Below, in pieces: positions 12,481 to 25,744 of a stretch of DNA of 64,000 nt. The position numbers and the translations under genes were made by a program. The DNA comes from Octopus vulgaris. Lineage: Eukaryota. The notes below the pieces were generated by a model, which saw only the letters and a program-made list of their open reading frames with translations, was not told where the DNA came from and ran no database searches. Each line of letters opens with the position of its first letter. Position 1 is the stretch's first letter. The DNA is taken from NCBI GenBank assembly GCA_951406725.2, contig OX597835.1, positions 17,050,001 to 17,114,000 on the forward strand. Reading direction: 5' to 3'.

Positions 12481-13430
12481 TAGCTGGAATTAATCCATCA
12501 GCCAATGACAAAATAAAAAAAAAATACAAACAAAAAACAAAAAAAACGAGATAATCAAATCAATGGTATGGTTGGTAGAGCTGGATTAACAAGGCAAGTC
12601 TATTAAATCCAGATTGGAAAAAACAACAACGAAGAGGGAGAGGAAGAGGAGGAGGAGGGGAGGACGGGGACGACGACGACTACGAACGACGACGTCGACG
12701 ACGATAACGAAACGATGACGGCAACAACAACAACAACTACAACTACAACAACAGCAGCAGCAACAATAATTTCAAGAAGAAAAATTTATAAAAATCTGTA
12801 TGATTAAAACATGGCTGCTAAATGTCTCTCGAAATGAGAGAGAGTGATTTCTTTCTTCTCTCAAAAATGTCGGCTGTAGCGATTGAGGTTGTTCGTAACT
12901 GAAACACACACGTGTGTGTGTGTACGTGCGTTTGTATGTCTGTATGTATGTATATCTGTATGCATATGTGTGCATGTGTGAGTGTACGTCTGGGTGTGTG
13001 TGTGTGTGTATTTAAGTTAATAACTTTTACAATAGACTCTCTACAAATTATGACCAGAGCTGTTCAACGCCATCTTTGCTATTAATTATCAATTCGTTTA
13101 CCTTTTAACGTCTCTCCCACTTCATCGCTCCTTTTCCCCTCCAGTCTTTCTTTTTTTTTTTCTTTCTCCTTCTTTCTCAATTCTTGTCTTACATATATTA
13201 CAATAAAAAGAAAGCTTCGTCCTTTTCTTATTTTTTTCCTCCCAGTGCTTTACGCTTTCTTGTAACTAAATAGTCATTTCCGCAATAACTCCCTCATTCT
13301 CCCTCTGTCTCTCGCCTCACACACATTACGTCTTTTATACACATAGGTACACACATACATGAAAACACATACACATATATTTGTATGTATGTATGTATGC
13401 AAGTATGAATATATATATGTATGTATATAC

Positions 13431-13481
<51 letters not shown>

Positions 13482-13597
13482 AATCGGTGAACGACCGATA
13501 AAATGTGGCATTTAACACATAGTTGGCGCTGAATGTATCTAATAACTTTTTGATTCAAACTCACATTACTTAACGCTTCGTAGGTGCAAGACGCGTG

Positions 13598-14222
13598 TAT
13601 ACATACATACATACATACATACATACATACATACATACATACATACATACATACATCATGCATACATGCATACATACATACATACATACATACATACATA
13701 CGTACGTACATACATACATACATACATACATACATACGTACGTACATACATGCATACATACATACATACATGCATACATACATACATACATACATACATT
13801 CATACATACATATATATACATACATACATTCATACATACATACATACATACATGCATACATACATGCATACATACATACATACATACATACATACATACA
13901 TACATACATACATACGTACGTACATACATACATACATACATACATACATACATACATACATACATACATACATACATTCATACATACATATATATACATA
14001 CATACATTCATACATACATACATACATACATACATACATACATACATACATACATACATACATACATACATACATACATACATACATACATACATACATG
14101 CATACATACATACATACATGCATGCATACATACATACATTCATACATACATACATACATACATACATACATACATACATACATACATACATACATACATA
14201 CATACATTCATGCATACATACA
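13598..14222. repeat. (CATA)n tetranucleotide array, ~620 bp
   Basis: Direct reading; source of the 313-aa MYVC ORF. Confidence 0.97.
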
Positions 14223-14224
14223 TA

Positions 14225-14439
14225 CGAGGGGATGCTGTAAAGTTCCTGGCTTTGGGTAAAAGAAAATACAGGCGGATCAATTAATTATAATTGTATTCAA
14301 CGTATTACACTCACAGATTCACACATTTATTGCGGCGGACCTTCAGTTTTTCTAAGTTCTGTGAAAGAAATCGGAAAAATGGGGTTCCGACCAGGTCTTT
14401 CGTGATACCCTTAAAGCCCAAATATTTCAGCACCCCTCA
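14225..14439. mobile_element. Mariner-type MITE
   Basis: TA|CGAGGGGATGCTGTAAAGTTCCTGGCTTT ... AAAGCCCAAATATTTCAGCACCCCTCA|TA: imperfect ~28-bp TIRs with TA TSD. Confidence 0.8.
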
Positions 14440-14464
14440 TACATATACACACACACACACACAC

Positions 14465-14542
<78 letters not shown>

Positions 14543-14689
14543 GTATGTATGTATATATATATATATGTATATATTTGTGTGTGCTGTGTGTTGTGTGTGT
14601 ATGTGTATGTGTGTGTGTATGTGTGTATGTGTGATTAACAATTTTACTTTGCAAACAAATGACTTGAGTTCGGTTCTACGAGGTCTTCC

Positions 14690-14890
14690 AACCTGCTAGA
14701 TATAGCAGCCGGAATTTTCTTAAATTACATCTACTGTCTTAGAAAACATAACAAAACAAAACAAAAATAACTTCTTTGGTAATATGAACACTGGTTCGGT
14801 GTGCATAAAAGAGACGGGAATGTTACGGCTGGAATGTCTTTAATCATAAGACTGTTCAATTAGTGTTGGCCTGAGTTAAACAAAAACAAC
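14690..14890 (+). repeat. Old interspersed repeat, family E
   Basis: tgctaga.atagcagcc...ggctggaatgtctttaatcataag...gagttaaacaaaaacaac. Related diverged copies at about 29815-29970, 30000-30176, 36790-36930 (minus), 36970-37048, 46610-46790 and 51160-51200. Confidence 0.55.
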
Positions 14891-15396
14891 TATACCAGTA
14901 ACACGTCATACTTCGGTGCTTTCAGAGAAGTTAAGTCTTTCACTCATTATACACACCTGAAACTTGGCTTGGTCAACAGCCAGGTTTTTCAGGATGACCA
15001 TTGACTTCATTTGTTTTCCAAGTCTGAGATCTCATGGTACTGTCCCCTCAAGCATGGCTCACCCTGTTTTAAAATAATTCCTATAATATTTTACAAGTGC
15101 ATTTTTAACTTTTCATATTAGATCTCTTCTCGTGCGTTGCAGATCGTCAACGCCAGAATTAGATGACGATGCGAATAGACGACGCCGAAAATAGGATACG
15201 TTTTGCGGTTAGGTGTCACAAATGACAGAAACAAATAGATGACGTTACAAATAGACAGCGTCAAAATTAGATAACGTTACAGATACATCACGTAGGAAAT
15301 AGATGACGTGACACATCCAGGAAGTCACAAATGATGTTGCTGTAAGATGTCCTTAACAGGTGGTGTAAGATGTCCTTAACAAATGGTGTAACAAAT

Positions 15397-15998
15397 ATAA
15401 GGCGGCGAGCTGGCAGAAACGTTAGCACGTCGGGCAAAATGCTTAGCGGTATTTCGTCTGCCGTTACGTTGTGAGTTCAAATTCCGCCGAGGTCGACTTT
15501 ACCTTTCATCCTTTCGGGGTCGATAAATTAAGTACCAGTTACGCACTGGGGTCGATGTAATCGACTTAATACCTATGTCTGTCCTTGTTTGTCCCTTCTA
15601 TGTTTAGCCCCTTGTGGGTAATAAAGAAATAGGTATTTCGTCTGCCGCTACGTTGTGAGTTCGAATTCCGCCGAGGTCGACTTTACCTTTCATCCTTTCG
15701 GGGTCGATAAATTAAGTACCAGTTACGCACTGGGGTCGATGTAATCGACTTAATACCTATGTCTGTCCTTGTTTGTCCCTTCAATGTTTAGCTCCTTGTG
15801 GGTAATAAAGAAATAGGTATTTCGTCTGCCGCTACGTTGTGAGTTCGAATTCAGCCGAGGTCGACTTTACCTTTCATCCTTTCGGGGTCGATAAATTAAG
15901 TACCAGTTACGCACTGGGGTCGATGTAATCGACTTAATACCTATGTCTGTCCTTGTTTGTCCCTTCTATGTTTAGCCGCTTGTGGGTAATAAAGAAAT
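15397..15998 (+). mobile_element. SINE family B with three tandem 184-bp copies of its body
   Basis: Head aaggcggcgagctggcagaaacgttagcacg. Units start GGTATTTCGTCTGCC at 15448, 15632 and 15816. 13-bp TSD TGGTGTAACAAAT at 15384-15396 and 15999-16011. Confidence 0.93.
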
Positions 15999-16302
15999 TG
16001 GTGTAACAAATCGATGTTGTTGCAAATATATGACGTCACACACGTGATGTAACAAATTAATAATTTGAGAAATACATGATGTTACAAATAGACTACTAAA
16101 AATAGTTGACGTTACAAGTAGATGACGTTAGAGAAACAGTGTCACACACCGAGGACGTTACAAATAGATAACCTTGCAAATACGTTTCGTTACAAATACA
16201 TGACGTCACAAATAGATCATGTCACAAAAACATGACTTTACAAACGGATGACGTTATAAGTACAAGACGTTGCAAATAGAGGACATTACACTTAGATAAT
16301 AA

Positions 16303-16702
16303 CTAGCAGTATCGCCCGGCGTTGCTCGGGTTTGTAAGGGAAATAACTATATAAGCATTTTTAGAGAGTTATCGCCAAAAAATAGCAAAAAATGCATTAA
16401 AAATGGAAAAAAAATTATGGTAAATTTTTTTTTTAAAAATCGTTGACTCATCGTAGACAATTTTAGAGAGTTACTTCCCTTATATAATAGCGAAAAAAGG
16501 CATTAAAATGGAAAAAAATGATGGTAATTTTTTAAAAAACTTGTAGACTCATCGTAGACGCGCGCTAATACCCAGAAGGGCTCGATATGAATCACGACTA
16601 TAAGATACCCGGTTTTGGTTAAACTGCACCGCAAAATGTGGGAGTAGTTAGGAATCTAAATCGTAGGAGACAGAAACACAACTTGACTTTTATATATAAA
16701 GA
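16303..16702 (-). mobile_element. Non-autonomous Helitron copy 5
   Basis: Same TC start, hairpin and CTAG end on the minus strand, inserted between A and T. Confidence 0.92.
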
Positions 16703-17382
16703 TATCACAAATAAGTGACGTTAGAAAAGAATTTCTTTAAAAACAAATGCCATTATACATATGTGATTTTAAAAATAGTTAACGTTTGAAATATCTTTCT
16801 TTACAAATATATGGCGTCACTAATCTTTGGAAATAGACTGCGTTACAAGCAGAATGAATTTTGTTTACTAAATACGACGTTATTATTAATACAACGGTAC
16901 ACGCTTGGTGAATTCACAAATAGATGCCGGAGATAGGTGTCAAAAATATTTATACAAAATTTAAAAAATCCCCTTACATATGGACCCCTCGACGTATCCT
17001 TTACAAAACACCGAGCTCTTTACCATCGAATCAGAGTGTGACAAAACAGAAACAAAAAAATACAAAGCAAAACCAATATATCGTGACCAATTCCAAATGA
17101 CAGAGAATCAATACAAGTCTGTTTTCAGCTGCCATTTCTTGCAGATCTACTGACGTCAATGGATCCCGGTTGTAATACCGTGGGTGGACCGTTAGCTATC
17201 ATATGCAGAAGAAAATACTAACGGTAAATGCCAAATATCAGCGATAATATAAATGTATCAGATTTATAAAGACGCCATTTTTAGCGATCTCTATCAGTTT
17301 GAATCGATCTGCTGATTAGACGCATAGCTATGATATGCATACACACACACACACACACACATACATACATACATACATACAT

Positions 17383-17426
<44 letters not shown>

Positions 17427-17431
<5 letters not shown>

Positions 17432-17596
17432 TGCATACAAATATATAACACATGATCCGACACGATTCGAGATGCATATATATATATATATATACACATA
17501 TATATATATGCGTATATATATATATATATATATGTGTATATATATATGCATCTCGAATCGTGTCGGATCATGTGTTATATATTTGTATGCATGCAT
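17427..17596. repeat. ~170-bp near-perfect palindrome
   Basis: Arm atgcatgcatacaaatatataacacatgatccgacacgattcgagatgcat is exactly inverted at about 17546-17596, with a roughly symmetric (TA)n/CACA-TGTG centre. Confidence 0.95.
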
Positions 17597-17792
17597 GTAT
17601 GAATGTATACATGAATGCATGTACGTGTATGGATGGCTGTCTAAATGTATGTATATGTAAATGGTTATATTTGATATAATATCTGATATATTATGTAATA
17701 TAGTGCATATGTATGTATATATATATATATATGTCTATATTAATGCACACACACACATATATATACACATAATTCTGCACATATATATGTAT

Positions 17793-17881
<89 letters not shown>

Positions 17882-17917
17882 CATATATATATATATATTT
17901 ATGAATGTATATCTATG

Positions 17918-17959
<42 letters not shown>

Positions 17960-19163
17960 CCAGAGTCATATGGAATAATACAGTATGCAGTACAGAACGT
18001 TATAGATGGACGGAATGGAGAAATCAATAGAAATGTGGCGGGAAAATAGAAAAGCGCAATAGAGGGAAATAAATAAATAAAGGAAGGAAGAAAGGAAAAA
18101 AAAGAAGGAAGAATGGGAAAAAGTGTTTCCCCATCAATTTTCCATCGCAAACGACTCCATTGCTGCAGAGTCCATTAAGCAAAGAAAAGACCGGATTTAA
18201 AACAATCGCTGGAAGGAATTATGGAAAACGAAAAAACCCGAAAACAAATAGTAAACAAACAAAGAAAAAACACACATACGAGGAAGAATTATAAAGAAAA
18301 AGAAAACCAATAAAAATTTAGATTATAATAAAACATGAAGAAAGAATAATGACAATAATAACAGCCACTCCAAAAACAACAAAAAAAAATGAAAGAAAAT
18401 TTGGAATGAAAAAAACTACAAATAAAGCAATTCTTGCAAACATGACAAAAGTAAACAAAACAGAGAACGACACCCAGACTACCACCTTGGTTACCTGCCA
18501 TATTATTATAAACTGTTGTTTACCGGATATCGATGTGGAGAGGGAAAATGGAATAGAGAAATACTACAAGCAGTACCCAACAAATATTCAAACTAAATCA
18601 CAAACGAAAAAGTTGTAAATACCAAGACAAAGAGAAGAAATATTTAAAAATAAAAAAAAGCAGAACAAAACACTACAATGACAACGATAATAACAAACCA
18701 TACAGGACAAGAAAAAGAAAGGAAAAAGGAAAGAAGTAAAAGAAATCTGAAATCTGTGAACGTGTGCGTGTGCGCGTGTGTGAGCGTGGATCATCAATGG
18801 ATGATGGAATATGAAATATTTAGTAAATTATCAAAGAATCAGGCCAGAATTTCCCTTTGAAATGAATGGAATCAAAGATAATAAATGAATGTTGATATAG
18901 AGTGATTCCACACCAAAGTGAATAATGGTACGGTTTTAGACATTCTGCTGTAGAAGCCAATCGTATATGGTAACGCTGCAACGTCATGTGATCCGCTCAC
19001 TCACACACACACATACACACACATGCATACATAAACACGCGCATAGGAACACACGAACACATTTATGTGTGCGTGAGAGAGTATATGTGTGCAAATGCCA
19101 TGCATATACATATATAAATATATGAATACAGAGTGAATGTATATATGTATACAGGAACGTATG

Positions 19164-19221
<58 letters not shown>

Positions 19222-19269
19222 TACATATATACATTCATATACGTATATACATATATATAAGTGTATTTG

Positions 19270-19318
<49 letters not shown>

Positions 19319-19434
19319 TATATAATATATATCTTTCATATGTGCGTGTTTGTGTGTATTTTCATGATTGTGAGTGTGCTTATTTGTGTATTATATAACT
19401 GTTAGCTTACTGTTATGTACTCGAATATGTGTGC

Positions 19435-19537
<103 letters not shown>

Positions 19538-19587
19538 GTATCTTTATACGCATATATATTATATATAAATGTATATATGTATACATT

Positions 19588-19623
<36 letters not shown>

Positions 19624-19819
19624 CACGCACACAGGTAGATTGTATGCGCATGCGCATGTGTGTGTGTATGTGAGTGTGTGTGAGTGTATGTGTGTATAGA
19701 TGCGATATGAAATTATCCGTGACATCAACAAGTAAAGATAGAATATTTGTCGTTTCTAAACAGCCAAGATTAAAAGGAATAATTTCTATTTATTTGCGAC
19801 TATTACAACCGTTGACGCC

Positions 19820-19998
19820 AACCACCACAACAGTTACATGGCAACAAACTAATACCACCAGCACCAACACCACTAGCACCAACACCAGCTGCACCGCCGC
19901 CGCCGCAGCCACCACCACCATCACCATCACAGCAATCAGCAAAACAATCACTACCACCATTGCCACCACCACCACCACCACGGCCGCCGCTGTCACCT

Positions 19999-20054
<56 letters not shown>

Positions 20055-20168
20055 GTCGCCACCGTCGCTGCCGCCACCCCCACCACCCCATCACCACATG
20101 TAATAATACTGCTATTATGATCACGAAATCTGCCACTACTACCACCTCTGCCGTTATTACTACCAGCT

Positions 20169-20205
<37 letters not shown>

Positions 20206-20283
20206 GACTACTATTACCACCGTTACTACTGCTAACACCATCACCAGCACCAGCACCAGCATCACCAACACCATCACCACTAT

Positions 20284-20334
<51 letters not shown>

Positions 20335-20430
20335 AAGCATTACCACCACCTTCACAACCATCACCAAAACCACCACCACCACCACCACCGTCTCACAACT
20401 ACTGCTGCTGCTACTGCTACTACCATTACT
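19820..20430. repeat. Compound (CAC)n/(TAC)n trinucleotide repeat
   Basis: Direct reading. Confidence 0.93.
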
Positions 20431-20702
20431 ATTATATAATTTCATTAGCATGTATGGACATTGCGCATAGATACTGAAATAGCAAGAGTTTGCTATGTCT
20501 GTTTCTGTGGTGGATATTGATCGATTAGTTTTCGATAAAGGGTTTTCTATGTTGGGATTGATTCCTCACCAACCTTTAGCGGCCATTTTAATATGTATTT
20601 TCTTTTTTAACGTTTTAAGACAAAATGACAAATTCATTTCGTAAAAAAGCGAACGGTTTCTGTTTTTTTTTTCATTCAGAGCAAATTCCCTTAGAATATT
20701 TT

Positions 20703-21131
20703 CTCTTTTTTACTCTTTTACTCTTTACTCTTTTACTTGCTTCAGTCATTTGACTGTGGCCATGCTGGACCACCGCCTTTAGTCGAGCATATCGACCCCA
20801 GGACTTATTCTATTTAAGCCTAGTACTTATTCTATCGGTCTCTTGTGCCGAACCACTAAGTGACGGGGACGTAGACACACCAGCATCGGTTGTCAAGCGA
20901 TGTTGGGGGGACAAACACAGACACACAAGCATATACCCTCATACATATATATATATATACATATATACGACAGGCTTCTTTAAGTTTCCGTCTACCAAAT
21001 CCACTCACAAGGCTTCGGTCGGCCCGAGGCTATAGTTGAAGATACTTGCCCAAAGTGCCACGCAGTAGGACTGAACCCGGAACCATGTGGTTCGTAAGTA
21101 AGATACTTACCACTCAGCCACTCCTGCGCCT
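20703..21131 (-). mobile_element. Full-length tRNA-derived SINE family C (CORE-like)
   Basis: Minus-strand head aggcgcaggagtggctgagtggtaag...ggttcagtcc, CORE-like ttgggcaagt, internal (TA)/(TG) tract, tail cagtcaaatgactgaa...(taaaagag)n. Confidence 0.9.
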
Positions 21132-21154
21132 ATTAACTTATATAGATTTTTTTG

Positions 21155-21343
21155 TCATTTACTTATTACAGTTATTGATCGGCGGCCATGCTGGAGCATC
21201 ATCTCGAAGCAGGCCCAAGTATTTTTTGTTCCTTTAAATCGGTTACTTATTCTATCGGCTTCTTGTGCCGAACCGCTATGTTGCTGGGACATAAAAAACC
21301 AGCCCCGGTTGTCAAGCTGGGCAGTGGCAACAAATACAAACAC

Positions 21344-21345
<2 letters not shown>
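21155..21345 (-). mobile_element. SINE family C 3' fragment
   Basis: cggccatgctggagca, tacttattctatcgg, tgccgaaccgcta, ggttgtcaagc. Confidence 0.75.
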
Positions 21346-21430
<85 letters not shown>

Positions 21431-21660
21431 GCACACACATTTAATTAAAGTGTTTGTGATATGTTTCAGCTGCTAAATGGCAAATTCATTGCAGAAAAAG
21501 CACTAGACTTAAGAGCAATTATTAAGGTCGATATTGCTCAAAGCAGTGATCCAGCATGGCCATGCTCCAGTGATTGAAACAGCTAAAACAAAAAATATAT
21601 GTGCATATACATGGATATATATGCGTGTGATTATACACTCACACAGACATATACACATTC

Positions 21661-21697
<37 letters not shown>

Positions 21698-22533
21698 TGT
21701 ATATATCAATATGTAAATATATATGTTTACATATATGTACATATCTATACTTATATGTGTACGCACATACACATATACACACATATATGTATGTATATAT
21801 GTATGTATGAATGTATCTATGTGCTTATATGCATATCTCCCTCAGTTGAAATCTGTCTTTACCCCTTCCTTCATTTCTAAAGGTTTCCTTCCACTGGAAA
21901 TCCTACATCAATTTACTTGTCATTCACTTCCTCTCTTTTATTTTATCACGCTACCTCTTTAATATCCTCTCGCCAATTTACAGTTGTTACCTTTGTATGT
22001 TTCCCTCTTTTCCCCAACCTCCTTTTACTTTTGCTATTTCTTCATTTCCTACTCTTTCATCCGGTTCACTCTTATATAATATCATCTTCTCGTCTGTCTG
22101 GTAGCTAACAACTAAGTGTTTCTCCCCGCTTCGGGATCGATATAGGGAGCACCGGTTAAATACTAGCTTTGATGTTATCGACTTACACCCTTTCCTAAAG
22201 TTGGTGGGTTTTTGCCAAGGTTTCAAACGTCTACTTATTCCTCTCTTATATATTCCGCCGTTATTATATCCCTGTATCCTCTTTATATATATATCTTCTC
22301 GTCCCACATTCTCAGTTACCCACTTGTCCATATTTCCGGTTAAATTCTTTATAATTCATTCAATTTATAATTCATTCCTTTCATAGCAAACATTATTTTC
22401 TGTATTTTCCATCAGTGCAACAGAGAGAGAAACAGAGAGAGAGCGTAAGAGACGGAGAGAGAGAGAGAGAGAAAGAGAGAGGGAGAGAGAGAAGGGGGTA
22501 AAAAGAAACACGTCTTTATGTGTCTCTTATCTA

Positions 22534-22688
22534 TTACTTATTTCAGTCATTAGACTGTGGCCATTCTGGGGCACCGCCTAGAAGAATTTTTAGTCGATTG
22601 AATCGACCCCAGTACTCATGGTTTTTAAGCTAAGTTATGGGGACGTAAACACACTAACGCCAGTTCTCAAGCGGTGGTGGGGGATGTA

Positions 22689-22733
<45 letters not shown>

Positions 22734-22900
22734 TACACACACGCACATACACGGGCTTCTTTCAATGCCCGTCTACCAAATCCACTTACAAGGCTTTGGT
22801 CGGCTTGCGGCTATAACAGAAAACCCTTGCCCTAGATAGCACACAGTGGGACTGAAACCAGAACCATGTGTTTGGGAAGCAACCTTCGTACCACGTAGCC
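22534..22900 (-). mobile_element. SINE family C (diverged, internal deletion)
   Basis: ttcagtcattagactgtggcc...ccgtctaccaaatccac...cagtgggactgaaaccagaaccatgt. Confidence 0.85.
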
Positions 22901-25170
22901 ATACATGTATATATGTATATTTTTCATCTTGTAGGGTTTTCAACGAAAACAATCCTCCTTACCAAGTATGCTGGGTAAAGTTGCTTATTTAGTCGCCGAT
23001 AGTATAACCATGGGACAGGTTGTATTGGCTCTCATGTTAGAAATAACACTGAGTATTACTTATCATAGGGCGGGTGAACCCATTCGCCAGCTGCTTGGAG
23101 TGAGGGACTCCCTGGTCTTTGTTTAGATTGATCTCTAAGAGAAGAAAAACTGATGTAACACCTACGATTTATTTAATGATGCCAAAGGGTTCTTTTGTGC
23201 TACATTAATTGTCAACCTTAGAGGGGAATTAGTGCTGTGTAAGGCTCTTTTTCAGTTCGAAAAATCTCAGGTAGAAGTATCGATTGATTTTTAACATCAC
23301 TATTAACACATCTGTAAATGTTTTGAGCACCGTGGTTAGCTGTAGCAAAATACTTAGTGAAAACTTCCATGATAGAATAGAGACGTTTGTCAGTGTGGGT
23401 CATAAGCTACCTTGAGCACCCCCGTCTGCAAGAGGCGCCCATCTTTGCCACATAAAGGCAAAAGGGTATACGTCACTACTGAGATTGAAACGCCATAGCT
23501 ATGCAGCACATTTTAAAGGGGAGTGTCAATCGATGGCATTGCTCGAAATCGATTTGCAGCCTTCGTATAGGTATGAATGCATGCTCGAGAGCGCGTAGCT
23601 GCGCCTGCATGTGGTGAATTGGGTAAAACGGAAGGGCTTATTCGGTAAAATGACGGAGTTTTTCCGCGAATGGCCTCGTTTCGGTTGTCTTACATTGAAG
23701 AATTTCCAGACATTTCATAGACCTTACACAGATAGCTCAACTCTACTACACACATATATACACTACACACACCACGCACACATACACACACGCACACACA
23801 CACATATATATATAGAAATACACGTGCATACACGAACACACACACATATTTCAAAAATTTAACAAAAACACAACAAGCAGAGAATTCGTAAATAATGCCT
23901 CATCAGTCAAAGTCCAAAATATCCTTACAGTTTCGCGCCTTACACACACACACAAACGCACACACACACACACGCACACGCACACACACACACACACACA
24001 CGCACACACACACACACACACACACACGAACGCACACGCGATCAGCTATATTGTTGTTACTGAATTTATGCTCAAGTAATTGATAACTGCCAATCTCACG
24101 AAACACGTGTACATCACATATAATAGCGACTACGTTTTCCGTGTCCTTATATATATATATATACATACGCATATGTATGTGTGCCTGTCTCTGTGTATAT
24201 GTGTGCTTGTATTTATGCGCGCACACACACACACACATATATATATGTTGTATGAATACATAACTACACACACACGCACACAAATATACACACATATATA
24301 TATGCATGCATATATACACACATACGTACATATATGCACATATAGTCTTCTATAAATATACACAAGCATACATACATGAATGTATATATGCACTTGCACA
24401 TAACTATATAATGCATACACACATACACATATATTTGTGTATATATACATATATATATACACATATACACATATATTTATGCATGCATACGTACAAACAT
24501 ACACGCAAACATACATAAATATAAACACATACATACATGCATACATAATACATACACATACACACATATATACAAACATACATGCACACTTGCATTGCAG
24601 TGTGTAAACATGCACGGGACCAGACAATCACACATGCAAATACGCATGTTTGTTAACATTGAATATTTTTTCCTCATTTCATTCTAATTTCATGGTTTTT
24701 GTTGTTCTTGCTACTGCTGCTGTCTGTGCTGCTGCAGCTGTTCCCGCCGTTGCTGCTGCTGGTGTTGTTGTTACTAAAAAAAAAACCTCTTTATTAAACT
24801 CGATAGCTGTCACTAGACGGCGCTGTAACATGATGTCAGGCCTGACTTACGTGTTGTTACTGCATTATGGAAGACCTATTAACATTTTTTTTTAATTCAG
24901 ATTTCGTCTCGGATTTAGAAACGTATCATTAAAAAAAAAAAGCCAACCATTTATCATATTAATCGATATTTATTGACTTTGATTTAAAGTCTTCTTAATT
25001 AATAGAAATAATAGTTACAAAATAAATACATGAATACATAATAAAAATAAAATAAAATTTGTGATGAGACCAAGTGACGCAGTACAGACGTCAGTTGATT
25101 CAGGGTGAAATTCTACCAACCGACCTATCCCCCTCACTCACTCCTTCCTTACCAACCTACTATCCGGTTA

Positions 25171-25258
<88 letters not shown>

Positions 25259-25293
25259 GTCTGTCTGTCTGTCTGTCTACCTATCTCCCTACA

Positions 25294-25394
<101 letters not shown>

Positions 25395-25449
25395 CCCTAC
25401 ATATCTATATATCTATCTATCTTGACATTTCTGTGATAACGATCCCTAT

Positions 25450-25681
25450 TGGTCAATTTTTTTTCCTTTCCCTTTTTTTTCCTCACTTCCCCCTTTTTTT
25501 TCCTCACCTCACCCTTTTTTTTTCAATTTTATTTCATCCACCCTTTTTTTTGTCCTCTTTCTTTCCATTTACGATCCCTTTTGATCGAAAACCAAACTCC
25601 CTTCTTTTACCCCCAAAAGAAAAGCTCTACCTTGTAATTTTGTCCAGTCTGTGTGCAGCCCTGTGTGGCTAATAAAGAAAC
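25450..25681 (+). mobile_element. Probable LINE 3' UTR end sharing its tail with SINE family B
   Basis: Pyrimidine-rich tract ending tttgtccagtctgtgtgcagccctgtgtggctaataaagaaa, similar to the SINE B tail tttgtcccttctatgtttagccccttgtgggtaataaagaaa; followed by (TATC)n. Confidence 0.45.
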
Positions 25682-25682
25682 A

Positions 25683-25744
<62 letters not shown>

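Larger units (their letters stand above)
15140..16900 (-). repeat. Degenerate minisatellite of ~16-bp AAATAGATGACGTTAC units (reverse complement of the 8680-10790 motif)
   Basis: Clear units at 15233-15310 and 16020-16300; interrupted by SINE B and Helitron copy 5. Confidence 0.75.

Noticed and set aside
13274-14284. Long ORFs (313, 229, 218 aa) and the many YI/HT/VC/LSIY ORFs across the window
   Set aside because: They are stop-free translations of (CATA)n, (TA)n, (CA)n and (TATC)n microsatellites with no protein-like complexity.
17110-17230. Possible exon with AG/GT boundaries
   Set aside because: Plus-strand frames all contain stops and the minus-strand reading has no recognisable protein or convincing donor.
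21987-23700. Complex ORF-like sequence (21987-22331 minus, 23218-23403 minus, 23611 plus)
   Set aside because: Possibly decayed retroelement coding DNA, but no motif could be recognised with confidence; needs blastx.
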